From positions 62,001 to 126,000 of the forward strand of contig OZ025792.1 of assembly GCA_964019425.1 (NCBI GenBank): a stretch of 64,000 bases of DNA, in the 5' to 3' direction. The position numbers and the translations under genes are program-made. The notes below the pieces were generated by a model, which was not told the DNA's origin, did no database searches, and saw nothing but the letters and a program-made list of their open reading frames with translations. Positions within the stretch are counted from its first letter, which is position 1, and the number at the start of each line of letters is the position of its first letter. Origin of the DNA: Flectonema sp. DT1601 (Eukaryota). Of this stretch, positions 9,589 to 21,929 are shown piece after piece.

Positions 9589-12500
9589 TCAAGCCTTTCT
9601 TCTTTTTACGACTATTTCATCAGACTCGTCTTCTGAATCCGTTTCAAAACGCAGCTTCTCCGCTCGTTTTTGAACTTTCTTTCCAGAAGCTGCTCCACGC
9701 AAGACCTTTTTCTCAACGTGCGAAATCCCAATCTCCCATTCAGACCTGTGCTTCTCAATTAGGGAAGCAGCTTCTTCTTCTGTTGCAAGGGGCCCCTTCA
9801 TGACTTTGAGAGATGATTTAAACTTTTGGAGGTGAGACTTAAATTGTTTGTCTGCTTCAGTCTTGGAGGCAGTGATGAGCATGTCCGTTATGATCGGCAG
9901 ATAGGCAGCTGCAGGAATGGTTGCCTCCTCGTCTTCCAACTCGGGTATCGTTGTGTTGTAAAATCTAAAGCTAGAGAGAAGCTTTATCAATCTCTTTATG
10001 TTGTCGATATCTCCTTCTTTTTCGACCAACTCGCAGTGGAATTCCAACAGACACCACAACGCCAGCTTCTCATGCAACGATTGCGACCGCATTTCGCCAG
10101 TGATGACAGCAGCCTTTTTTTCGTCTTGATCTTCGTCCTTTGCTCTACGAGCGGAACCCAACTCTGCAACATCCGTAATTGCAGCTGCGAAAGCCAGCAA
10201 ACTGCCGAAAGAAGTGTACGGAGAGCTGCTCTTTTTTGTTTCCGTCGGGCTGGTTACCTTCTGAATGTCATAATCTTTTAAAATAATGAAGTCTTCCCTC
10301 GCAACGTGTCGCAGCGCCAGTTGCATTGACTCCAAGCAGAGTGTAAGTCTGCTGTACGAAGAGTATGGGAACACGTCGAAGAAGACAGCCAACACTTGGA
10401 GTGCTTGCTCGCGGTCTTCTGAGTACTCGCCATCCGATTTTTCAAAGAAATAAAGAACTAGTTGAGCCAATGCAATTTTTTCAATACCTCCCGCTGCATT
10501 CGATAATCTGTTGCAAGAGAGCAACTTCGTCAGACATTGCACTGCCGTGGCTCTCAACGAAACACGACGCTCCAACACGTCTGACGGGGTTTCCGCAGCA
10601 ATGTCTTCGTCCTCTCCACCAAACGAATAATCACCAGTACTCGCGAACTGAACAATAATCTTCGTAATAGCGTCTCTTGATGGGATCACACTTCTCGCAC
10701 CGTGTTCAACTACTAAATCTGTTAGCCCTCGCAAGGCTTCCTGCATAGGAGGAGTACAGGAGGTTCCGAGAGCCTTTAGGTTTGGGTACGCTGATTTGCG
10801 TAGAGCGTCTAATAGAATTTTCGAAAATGTTTCCGCAGCCTGCTTTTGTAGGAGGCCGAAGTATGTGAGTGCGTGGATACCCTTTGTGCGAACATAAGTA
10901 TTGCAATGGGTTTGGGAAACCGCGACAGCAATGTCTTGGTGCTGGCTGTTGATTTGAACAGCGTGCGTTGGTCGAGTGTCATGCCTTGCCGTTTCAGTTA
11001 TGATTTCAAGGATGCGAACCCAAAGCCCAACATCATTGCTGGACTCTGTTTGTAGTTTTGTTAACTCACCTTCAGCTTCTTCTAGTTCTTCATCCTGTTC
11101 ATGGACTTCTCTGACAGAAGTCTTTGCCGAATATAAACTTCTCTTCTTGTGCAGTTCAGAAATAGTTCTCTGTAAGCAAATGCATTTTCTATTCAGCTTA
11201 ATTATCTTCTGTTGCTTGGCTAAGTCATCTCTGTTTGTCTGTTCAGCATCAAAGAAGAGTTCTTTGTCAGGGTCTTGATCATCTTCCTCTAACTGTGTGG
11301 ACATCATTTTATTGAGACGAAATATAACAATTGAAATCATGCGGGAAAACTCAGACTCACGATGTCTGTAAAAGTGCCGACACAGTTTGACGGCTTCCGC
11401 TGCCAGCTGTGTCGGAGCAGAGATGTCAACCATTTGAAGAATAATAAAAATGGGATGCATTACTCGTGCTCTTTGGTCTTCAGTGTGCAAGTCGGGTTCA
11501 TAAAACAGTGCTAGTTTCAATAACTGTTTTGCTAAAGAAGTCTTGAGAGTCGGTTCATCCATAGTTAATCCGTCAATGTACCTCTGTAACATTGCAGAAG
11601 TAAAGTCTATATTAGGAAGGTATCTATCACTCCTGTCACTGTCTGGGTCGTATTGTTTTATTTTCTTTATTACAGATCGCAGCAGTAAAAGTGACTCCGC
11701 AGAAAGGTTGTCTTCACACAACTCTTTGCGCTGTTCCAGATCCCAGACGTCTTCAGTTTCAGTTTTCTTGTATTTTACTTCAAAGATGGTTTCAGCAATT
11801 TGCTCACACAACTCTTCATCCTCATCAATCTCAAGTAGTTGAAGCACCTCAACGCTGTTGTGGCGTTGCAGCCAGTTTGCGATTAGTTCCTGTTTTATAA
11901 CATTTATAGCCGTTGTTGAGAATACTTCATATCGATATTCCAATTTCAACAACTACAAAAAAAGAAACACACCTGAGTCGTCTTTCTGATGTCTTCAGAA
12001 CGCTCATTCAGACCTCTCATGAGCAGCGAACGTCGCTGGGAAAGAAGCAGCCAAGTTGGTGGTATTCTAGCCAAGTGGCGATATGCAAGTTTTCTAACCT
12101 GAAGATTAACATCTAAAGTGTGAGTAATAAGTAACTTCAGAATGTTTTGTGACATCGTAAGTCTTGAGAGAACAGCAAGTCGAACTGGGGCAGTGTCACA
12201 AGACATGAGTTGATGATAGTGTTGAGTAACGTCACATTTCTGAGCTGATGAAGGACACTGAAGGAGATAAGAACAATCAACAGCCTTTACTCGAACAGTT
12301 GCTACTTTATCGTCTTGTCTATCGTGAGCAAAGGCGGCTATTTTATCGAAAAGTTCATACTCATCGAACTGGTCTTCTTCTTCCACATCTTCCTTGCTTT
12401 CAGCAGCTGCCTTCTCTTTTGCAGTCCTCAACTTACTCAACGACATCATACAGCATGTTACTAACTCGCAGGCATTTCGTCGGATGTCTTTGTCTTCACA

Positions 12501-12833
12501 GTTCTCAGCAGACATTGCTTTCTCCAATAGCCACGCTGCTTGATATGAACTTTCTCTTTTCAGAAGATATGCTCCCGTCATCTTCATCACTCTGTCAGCA
12601 GCTGCGTACTCTTTCGATGCCAAAGCCCACTGCAATGCATACCAGATCTCACTTAAGAAATCATCCGTTCCTTTCTGTTCTAAAGTTATCAGAAGGGACA
12701 CCATCCGACTGTGACTCGCATTACTCTTCTGTGCCGTGTGAAAGGCTGAACAGACGGACTTGCGCAGCTTGTTGGATTCTTTTTTGTTCTTCTTTTCCGA
12801 AGAGGACTTTGAAGCCTTGCGCTTTCCAGGCAT
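9589..12833 (-). CDS. NCAPG: Condensin I HEAT subunit CAP-G (Ycg1/Cnd3) (2 exons)
   Basis: Exons 12833-11973 and 11889-9589 with an 83-nt GT-AG intron. Motifs include AFHTAQKSNASH, DKVATVRVKAV, TLDVNLQVRKLAY, LMRGLNERSEDIRKTTQ|ELIANWL, AVQCLTKLL and QALQVLAVFFDVF. Confidence 0.82.
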
Positions 12834-13376
12834 CGAATTGGTGCCACCTGTTAGAAAAGTAATCAGAAGTTAAATGATGTTCACAGCAAGCCAAAAAAAA
12901 GGTAAACTACTACTTAATTCACATGTTGTTTATATCCCTGTTGGTACTTACTTAATATATTGACTGGGGATACATGCTACGGGCTATCGTGTCGTAATTG
13001 ACGCTTGTTAACGAAATAAAATACTTCTAAGCAGCGCTAAAGTCAGCAGGAAAGCAACCAGGTGTTGGCAACATGAAATCTTTCGTGTTGCCTTTGACTT
13101 ATTTTCTTCTTCGATGTTTTCTGCGAAATGGTTAAAATCAAACGACTGCTAAGAAGACCCTGTCTTGAAGAGTCAGGTGCAACTCAGCTGCGTGTAAAGC
13201 TTTTAGTGCTTTTAAGAAGCGAGAAGTACAAACAAAATACTTCTCCGTTCTTCTTTCATAAAATGAAAAAAAAATACTGGGAAAGGAACTAAACAAAACA
13301 ATCTAAAAGTACACGTAGCAGGATCCACTCACTTGTGGTGACTAACTTCTAATTCGTAATCACAACTGTACATGTT

Positions 13377-15278
13377 TTATCCGCAGCAACCGCCACCCTT
13401 CTTTTCCGCGACCTGCTTGGGTCTCGGTGAAGGCCTGGACCTCGCGGTAGTCTTCTGTTCTGCCGAAGTGGGCGGCTTACTACTACTACTGCTGCTGCTG
13501 GTGGTTGAAGAGACGTTTGGATCCTCTGTGGAGTCCTTTGGAGCTGAGTTTTTAATTTGCTCCATTTCACTAGTGTAGTCCTCTTCGTGGTAATCCATTT
13601 CAGTCTTCCAATTCTTTTTGCATATTTCGATCGCACTGTTAGCATCGTGGTCAATTAACTCGAGAGCGGCCTCCTCAACTTTGACAGCGTCGACAAGAGT
13701 TCGATACCCGCTCGCCGTTGAATCCATTGATGAAATGTAGCGTTCACAACGCCAGTTGGTTTCTAACAATGAATATGAACATGTGTAAGAGTCATCACTG
13801 TCGTTGTTAGGTTTGGCGTTGTTACGAACCCACAGGCCGTAATTGTAAAGACCTAACTCTTCGACGTTGCAGTCTTTTCCATTTACTCCATCAAAGAATG
13901 CTGCTCGTTTTTGTTGAGCCTCTTCTCCAACATCATCGATGCCGCAGTTGCATAAGTCAAGTAAACAAGGCAGTCGTAGCAGTCTGATTGCTGTAGCATT
14001 GCTGCAATGTTTTGAGCAAAGCTCTTGAAGTTCTTCTGACATGAGATTGCCGTGTTGGCTTCCAGAGTCCCAGAGACTTGACGTTCCGTGATGGAGGTAC
14101 GCACCTTTTGAAAAAGAATTGATCTCAATGGCTGACTCTCCAATCGGTTCCGAAGGATTAGAACCTCTGTCTATCCCTTCTGAATGAGATCCAGCACATG
14201 CAGAAAGGAATTGAGAAACTCCCTCAGTACTATCAGCTGAGACGCTAATTGGAGTCCAAATGTTTGATATTATCCTATGCTTACAGATAAGTATTTCCTC
14301 AACCGTTCTCATAATTGTCTCGTAGTCAGGATCTGATTTATATCTTTGAATATTTACTTTTAGGTCGCTGTCTGCTCTATTCCTTTTATGAACCAACAAA
14401 CCCATTTGAGCTTCTAATGTTGTTTTAAGCTCATCTTTGCATCTATCGAATGTTCGAAGTGTATCTTTTAGTTTTTCAAAGTCGCTGTTGGAACTTCGAA
14501 ATGCGGGTCGGATCTGCTCAGGTGTGAAGGTTTCCCTGTCCAGAGCTAAGGCTTTCATCTCGTCTTCGCATCTGCGAAGTTTGCGTTTTTGATCATTTCT
14601 GACCTGCTCTTCCTGTTCAGCTGTAATATTTAGTTCCCTTATCAATGATTCGATTAGTCTATTTTGCTTCTCTTCTATGAAGGGATCGATTTGGACTGGA
14701 GATGCTGATTGGACTGGAGATGATGATTGATCTGTCTCTGTTGGGACCTCTTCGATTGGAGATGGTGTTTCTTGTTGTTCGTGTTTTGGTTCTTCAATGC
14801 TCTTCTTCCTTTTCTTTGCCTTGCTGCTCTTGCGTGTTGGACATAGCAGGTTAGAGAATGCAACGTAGTCAACCCAACCAGTCTGGTTGGGATCAGCTTG
14901 AGTAAGCAACTCTTGTTGTTCATATCCTTGAAGTTCGTCTTCAGTACTGCTTCCCATTGCACGTAAGAACTCAGCTGTTGTCAGCTTACCGGTTCTTCGT
15001 TCGTCGAATACCTGAAATGCTGCGATTAGTTCTTCTCTATTGTATCCCCTCGTGTGTTTTACTGCTTCATAACAAATTCTAAACTCTTCGTACCTCACTC
15101 GAGTGTCTTCGTCTCCCTCGGGTACGATGTCTTCGAGGCTTTGAGAAGTCGGATTCAATCCCAACATGTGCATCGCGTTCATTAACTGATTTCGTGGTAT
15201 GTATCGAAGGTGACCATCGTCTATACAATAATCCTCAAATACTTCATCCATGTCAGCTTTTACTTGCATTCGCATCAT
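13377..15278 (-). CDS. Calmodulin-like EF-hand protein with coiled coil and C-terminal GGGCCG lipidation-like motif
   Basis: LGLNPT, ELIAAFQVFDERRTGKLTTAEF and ADPNQTGWVDYVAF are EF-hand-like. The likely start is the ATG at 15278, after a CAG acceptor. Confidence 0.75.
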   Translation of the reverse strand: MMRMQVKADMDEVFEDYCIDDGHLRYIPRNQLMNAMHMLGLNPTSQSLEDIVPEGDEDTRVRYEEFRICYEAVKHTRGYNREELIAAFQVFDERRTGKLTTAEFLRAMGSSTEDELQGYEQQELLTQADPNQTGWVDYVAFSNLLCPTRKSSKAKKRKKSIEEPKHEQQETPSPIEEVPTETDQSSSPVQSASPVQIDPFIEEKQNRLIESLIRELNITAEQEEQVRNDQKRKLRRCEDEMKALALDRETFTPEQIRPAFRSSNSDFEKLKDTLRTFDRCKDELKTTLEAQMGLLVHKRNRADSDLKVNIQRYKSDPDYETIMRTVEEILICKHRIISNIWTPISVSADSTEGVSQFLSACAGSHSEGIDRGSNPSEPIGESAIEINSFSKGAYLHHGTSSLWDSGSQHGNLMSEELQELCSKHCSNATAIRLLRLPCLLDLCNCGIDDVGEEAQQKRAAFFDGVNGKDCNVEELGLYNYGLWVRNNAKPNNDSDDSYTCSYSLLETNWRCERYISSMDSTASGYRTLVDAVKVEEAALELIDHDANSAIEICKKNWKTEMDYHEEDYTSEMEQIKNSAPKDSTEDPNVSSTTSSSSSSSKPPTSAEQKTTARSRPSPRPKQVAEKKGGGCCG

Positions 15279-15918
15279 GTTTAAGACAGCTGTGAAAGTG
15301 AATAATAACAAAAACACTAAAAAATACTAGTTTCTCTTCTCCTAATCGATGTTGTTGTCTGTAGTTTGAGATTGACGATTAGCTTACTAACCAACAACTC
15401 ACACTAACCGTACACAACGAGTGGGAATGCAAATTAGAAGATAAAAAACAGGCATGAGTTACAAAAGACGAATGGAATACAACGTACAGCAGCACACTTT
15501 TTTTATGTTCGAAGACCACACGTTGATGTTATTTTATGCTAACAGACAAATTCTTTGAGATCAGAAATACAAATAATTACTTAGGAGTTCAATGTGTTGG
15601 ACGGAAAAACCTTTACGGCGTTGTCGGTGTAGTGAGCGAAAAGAATAAATAATATCCACACCCTCGATAGCAATATTCTACTGCCGCTCAATTATTGTCG
15701 AAATAGAAAGTAACTTTCTAATTTTTGGGGAATGGGGGAAGCTTTTTTTTTTTTTTTTTTTTTTTTTCCTTCTTCTTTCTTCTTCTTCTTTCAGTTCAGT
15801 TCGTATACGCATAATTTTGTAGTTTTCAAGTTGCAACGCCAACGCAGGCAATGAGAAGAAAACATACAAAAAAAAAAAAAAAAAAAAAAAAAGGTCCGCA
15901 AGACGGACTCATAATTAA

Positions 15919-16659
15919 CTATTCCTCTTCACCATTAATAGCATCGAGAAATTGTTTTCTGGATTCGGAACTCCAGGCGGAACAGCTTTCAAGGAATCTG
16001 GAACTATCAACACGCTTTAGTCTAATTAAAGGATTCATATCGAGTTCTTCTAGTAAAGTACACTTCGCAAAGAATCCAGCTCCAATTGCAATCACATTAC
16101 ACAACGGGGACAGGTCTACTGATCTGAGCTGGGCACAGTCGCTAAGGAAGTAGCCACCAATGGATGTAACGGCGCTAAGCGCTGATAAATCAAGGAATGT
16201 TAACCCTACACTACCACATAAGAAAAACCCTCCAATCTCTCTCACGAATTCACAGTTTGTAAATGCAACGGTTTTGACTGATGGAGGCAACATGTTAAAG
16301 CTTGTTTCGAGTCTTCCGTAGTTGTTCATTGTTGAGGCATCGAGAATACAGACCTTGTCGGGATTGGCTTCAAACAAGGCGGAGGTTCTCGCAATTCTCC
16401 CCTTGGAAAAATCTTCCTTCGTGAATACTACTTTCTCACTTACTACAGCAATAATTCCAGCATTCCTTGGTAATCCGTGTGATGCAAGGAGACTACCTGT
16501 AGGAAGTAAGTCTGACAAGTAAGTCAAATTGACAGTTGTAATATCACAGTCCCACTCTTCTGCTACTGCCTTCATAGCATCCTCTACAAGAGTACGCGGT
16601 CCAACATTGAACTGTACCTCTGCGTATCTCGTACCAGGACAACTGATGTGAACGATCAT
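15919..16659 (-). CDS. Ubiquitin-like N-terminus plus BspA-type leucine-rich repeats
   Basis: Repeats of the form LxxLDLSxLxxVxxIGxxFL (VREIGGFFL, VTSIGGYFL, VIAIGAGFF). The N-terminal ~75 aa has a beta-grasp-like pattern. Confidence 0.7.
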   Translation of the reverse strand: MIVHISCPGTRYAEVQFNVGPRTLVEDAMKAVAEEWDCDITTVNLTYLSDLLPTGSLLASHGLPRNAGIIAVVSEKVVFTKEDFSKGRIARTSALFEANPDKVCILDASTMNNYGRLETSFNMLPPSVKTVAFTNCEFVREIGGFFLCGSVGLTFLDLSALSAVTSIGGYFLSDCAQLRSVDLSPLCNVIAIGAGFFAKCTLLEELDMNPLIRLKRVDSSRFLESCSAWSSESRKQFLDAINGEEE

Positions 16660-16986
16660 TTTTTTTTTTTTTTTTTTTTTTTTGAATCGACTGATAATTA
16701 AATTACATAACTCAAGTCACACAATACAATCTGACACAAATCGTTGAACTCTTCAAGGTGATATATTTAACGAACTATTTTGAGTAAAGAAGAATAAAAT
16801 AGTCACAAAAGGGCTCACAAGCCGATCGGTCACTGGGCCTCTAGACAGCCAAAGGTATTGCGATAACAATTGCAAAATTGAGATTAACAGAAAAATGAAT
16901 AAAACTACACAAAACAAAGTAAGAAAACTATCTGTTAACTACTTTATAAAGGATGTCACAATTATCCTTTATATGTTGATATTTTC

Positions 16987-18451
16987 TTATTGTTCACTTT
17001 CGACTTCAATTGGAATAAATGTTGTCCTGTTTGTATTTAACAATTAGCGTAGTGCGGCCATATAAAGATAAGACACATCGCACGCAAATAAGACAAAAAA
17101 AACAAAACACATACGGGAATCCCGGAAGAGACATATCCACAATAACAACACCGGGAGACGTCTCAAACTTAGGAATTGCAACAAGTCTACAGGATACAAA
17201 TTCCCCAGTAACCTCACAGGTTGAGGTAAAAAGACGAGTTTCAAACTGTGGAGCGTTTCCTGCAAAGAAGAGGTGTGGAGTTTTCTGTAAAATAAACGGA
17301 TCATCTTTCTTGTAAGAATAACAAGGGAGCGTATCAGGAGCGGTTGGAACAAGGTGATTACATCTTATCAATGCCTCTAACATATCACAAAGTGAGCTGA
17401 TTGTTGTTTGATCGCACAGCTCAGAAAGATTCTCACCAGATGTTCCCAAAACTGTAATTGCGTCATTTTGTAAAGTAAATTCAAATGGTGAAGTTACAGG
17501 AACAGTATTCCCTCCATCACAAGACTTTCTTAATAAACAAGGATGAAAGGGTTGATAAGGGAGAAGAATACTTGTGGGATCAGTCCTTGCTGGCATTATA
17601 TCAATCGGAACAGATCTGCTTAAAACAGAAAGAAACTGATCAGCTTCTCTCATTGGTTCGACTAGTTCTGCTTCTTGAATCTGCTTATGGTCACTCATCT
17701 CTAATTTAATTTTATTGGACATTCGTAAGTCAGATGTCTGTGCTATTACTCCTCCCGCGACTATTACTTTTGAAATCTTTCTCACCAGTTCAATGCAACC
17801 TAAATTACCACGTAAAAGATTAGAAGCTGCGTCTCTGTGAAGTCTGATGTCTGTTTTTAAAGTGTCCGAAGATCTGTCTTTACCAAAGTCAAGTCCGCTC
17901 ATGAAAGCGATGCTCTGATCTGGTAGGGTGCTTGGCAGTGATGGTTGGTGGGGCAAGGGTGCAAAGGTCCAATCCGTAACTTCGAACTTTTTCCCCTTTA
18001 ATGCTCCAAACACAGCAATTATCATCCCCGTTGTAAAGCCACCCACTGGGATATTTCCTTCGAGGTCAGTACGTCCACTGGAATCTTCAAGCGAGAGGGA
18101 GTCGTCTGGACTGCACTTTGTGATGTCTTCCTCCTCAGTAAAATTTAACGTCTCGTCTTCCCCCATCTCTCTCGCATATTGAAGAAGAAAATTCGGTTTG
18201 CATTTCATGTTTTTATAAAGTGCACCGATACAAGCACAGTCTTCTCCTTGATGTAAGTTTACAACTCTTGACAGCTTGACGTCTTCCCCCCATTTCTTTT
18301 TTACGGACATTACTAACCTTTCCTTCACTGCATTTAATCTCGTTGTGTACATACTCGCAAACTGTTGGTTGAACTGCATATCTCGTAATACGAATCTCTT
18401 GTGATTGTAATTGAAACCTTCGCATTCAGCACGTTCTGCATTCTCTTCCAT
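16987..18451 (-). CDS. POLD2: DNA polymerase delta small subunit (2 exons)
   Basis: Motifs QQFASMYTTRL, LEDSSGR, DPTSILLPYQPFH, GTSGEN, HLVPTAPDTLPCY, DPFIL and PHLFFAGN. A predicted 88-nt GT-AG intron (17027-17114) gives the C-terminus FPTTFIPIEVESEQ*. Confidence 0.93.
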
Positions 18452-18954
18452 TTATTATGTCTTTTACTGAGAAAGAAGAATAAACCTTTTTTGGTAGAAT
18501 GCCATGGATGTAGTTATTTAGAATATTGGATTTCCTGTTTTGAAATAAAAATATACCAACACTGCCTCACAAGATCAGATAAACGAGAGTTGAATGAAGG
18601 TAGTGTGGGTGAGGTGATTGTCGTTCTAACATTTAATGTTCTCTTTCCGATGGGAGTTGTGGTGCTAAGACACCATCACATGGTTTATTTTATTATTCGC
18701 ATGAGTGATTGCGATGAGAGATTTTTCGGGTGGACAGGCACAACCCGATGTGGGGTAAATAGAAAACAAATCGCACTTGCCGCACAACTTAAAGAATTCA
18801 ACTAATTTTATCATCGGCCTCACAGACAGTAACACGTTGCTGTATTTAGCATTTAATATTATTTGTGAAAAGTTGTTTGTTTGTTTTTATGTAGTGCATT
18901 GGGGAAAACAGAGATTAAAACTTAAAGTACCCAAAGTAGTATGAGTACTACATG

Positions 18955-21724
18955 TTAATTATCAGAAGATACGACTCCACCTACTACTTGGTCAACTGCA
19001 AGGCACTCACCCGGCCATATTTCAAATTTAAAGTTTGAGTCGTTGCTACTTTCTACAGTAGCAATAGCCCCAGCGATACTACCTGGAACTGATGACACGG
19101 AGCACTTCATACCTGACTTTGGTAGTTTGATGTCACCATAGTCATTAATGATAAAAACATCTTTAACAAGGTTCTGAATACCATGAAGACACAACTGACC
19201 AGGTTTGCCACACTGAAGGTGCCTCAGAGCTGCCCGCTGCTCTCCAAGCTCAGTAACGACGACGTTCATTCCGATCGACAAAATATTTTCAGAGTCAGAT
19301 GTTCCAAAATAATACTCAACCAGACTTCCACTTATGTAATTGCCAACTGTAGTTTCAATGCCCGAGTCCAGACCACTGCATACTACGGCTGCCACAAGGA
19401 CACAGGCGATGTGACTATTTGAATAACTGACAGTCGCACTACAAAAAGGTATAACTCTCTGCTCAAGTATTTTGTGTGTGAAATGACCAGGTGGAAATGC
19501 CCTAAAGTATTGCTTATCAAGATCTAACAATCCAGGTGACCAGGGGTGTTTACACCAAGTAGTGATTGCTTGTATGTTTCTCATGGCCTGTGTTTCTCCA
19601 TATAGTAACGTCTGTAGCTCAGTTTCGTGGTGCATGCATGGATCACCTTTGTAAGCAAGACTCCAAGTTCTAACATCACTTGATGTACAACTGCAATATG
19701 GATGTTGTATTTGTTGTTTGTTAAGGTCTCGAGTTCTCTGTTCTCCTATGTAACCTGTTGTCCAAATACTTCTCCGCAACCAACAATGAGATGCGCGTTG
19801 ATATAATTCAATTAATCCTTCTTGCTGGTCGGCACTTGACTCGAAGTCAAATCGAGCAGACCTATTTACGTCTATATAGGCTGCTATTCTACTTCTTGCT
19901 GCTACCACAGGATGAATTTCCGGAACGCAAGTCATTCCTACACGACGCGGCTGAAGTGCCAAGTCCTCGAAACTTGGCATAACTGGATTCAGAATCGGGT
20001 AACTGTACTTCGGATCGTCTAATGACGTGACTTGAAATAAACGCATTCTCTGAATACGGTCTTTCTTCATCTGCACAACGGGATACAGGCACGAGTTTGG
20101 CGTAACATTGTGTGTACCGATGCCGCCTGCTCTTAGGAGCGGGAACTGAACAGGTGAGCTCCAAACGGAGACCACTAAGGTGAGAATGGCAACGTTTTCT
20201 GACACCATAGCAAGTGAGACGCCAGCTTGGTCGCTACCACATCCGCCTAATTGAACCGTCCCGTGGAAGGTATCGTCAGAGCTTTTGTGTGTAATACTTC
20301 CTTTAAAATATTGTTCATCAGAATGTAAGTCTAAGTCAGCACACCTTCGGGGTACCATCGGTAATTTAATTGACAGGAACAAGACTTGGCTACTGGAAGT
20401 ACCCTCAACTAGTGCAGAGTTTGTATTGCCAATTAAGTTACCTTCTCCACAGTTGCTGCAGCGCATCTCGCGAGGAGGGTACAGGACACCAAACGGGCAA
20501 TTTGTGTAATGCATGTCATTGCACCTTGTGCTACAATGAACTGTTGTACATTCGTGGTATGTCCAATTCCCTTTCAAGGAATCCACAGGGACGGTCTCCT
20601 GTTGGTGTTCGACAGCTTTCGCAGTTGCCGCAACTGAAGTCAGCTCATCGTGCAGGCTAGTAGCTCGTTCATAATTGAGGCACTTTTCTATTTCTTCAAT
20701 GTGAACACCACCACCAGTTCTTAAAGCAACAATCTCCCACAAGCGAACATGCTCGCTGACATCAGCAGCGAGTAGCTTTGCTGCGTCGTGAAAAGATAAT
20801 TTAGAAGCCTTACTGAACTGAACCAGCGTATCCACAACAGGACTTCCCCAGTCTTGTGATGAAATTGATAACAACCAGTTCCGCTCTTCTGATATTAATG
20901 CTTGTTGTAGCAATCGTAAGAAAGCACATTCATAGTCTCGGACAAGTATTGTTGTAAACTTGTGCCTAGTCGCTAGATATTCCTTCCAGATTGAGGAACT
21001 CACCAGGTCAAATTGTATTTTTGACGCCAATTGGATATCTTCATTCCTGACAACATCGAGTGCGGATTCTTCTTCTTCACAAGCAAGCCCACAAAGGTAT
21101 CGAAATGGGTTTGGGATGTCTTCTTCATTAATGTATCCGCTGCTTTCAATTACCTCTTCGAGTGTGGTGGTGGGGAGCTCCATGAGAACTTTCTCAAAAT
21201 GAGATTGAAAATGAGAGATTTGATTGAAATTAAAAAGTCTAAATAAAGTACCGCCGAGTACTTTCCAAACAATCTGACACTCACCTTCTTTTGGGACAGG
21301 TCGGCCAGGCAAGCATTTCCAACAATGGTCGGAAAGAGAGTTTTGAATTTCTGAAGAATAATGAAGTTCGAGAGCTGTAGAATCAGTGTCCAGTTCTCTC
21401 TCAAAATCAACTGACAACTTTTCTCCAAACACATTAGGACAACACCTTAATAAGTACTCTTCTATAGACTCTCCCTCTTGCTGCTGTTTGGAATCAAATC
21501 CATTCAAGTTCAATAATGTATTGCACTGGACAACTACTTGTTGTTCTGAAATCATATTCGAGGTACCAGATGGGTGACCTTCTCCAGAGTCAGAAACCGT
21601 CTCCTCATCATCCGATTCAATCCACTCAGAGGTGTTAAGAAAATAACTAAATTCTTCCTCATCAGTTTCTACTTTTATTCTTTTCACGACCTGGTCAATA
21701 CTGGAAACGTGTTTGTTGGTAAAC
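18955..21724 (-). CDS. Large hypothetical coding exon (~920 aa, Cys/His clusters), possibly the last exon of the repeat-encoded gene
   Basis: A 910-codon ORF with no ATG in its first 45 codons. A CAG acceptor at 21725-21727 is phase-compatible with the GTATGT donor at 21948. Confidence 0.7.
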
Positions 21725-21929
21725 CTGTTTTAGAATTATGATCAGCTCTATTTCAACTCATCTATTCCATCGTAGTCGTGATTTATATTTAGAACTGAGG
21801 AATTCGATGTTATCCAACAACCTCAGTCAATAAAGCTGAATTAACAATCGCAATATAAGTCTGTGCAGCAAGTAGACCAATCGTTGTTTGGGGGGTGGAG
21901 CATTATTGAATATTTTTAGTATTATTATC

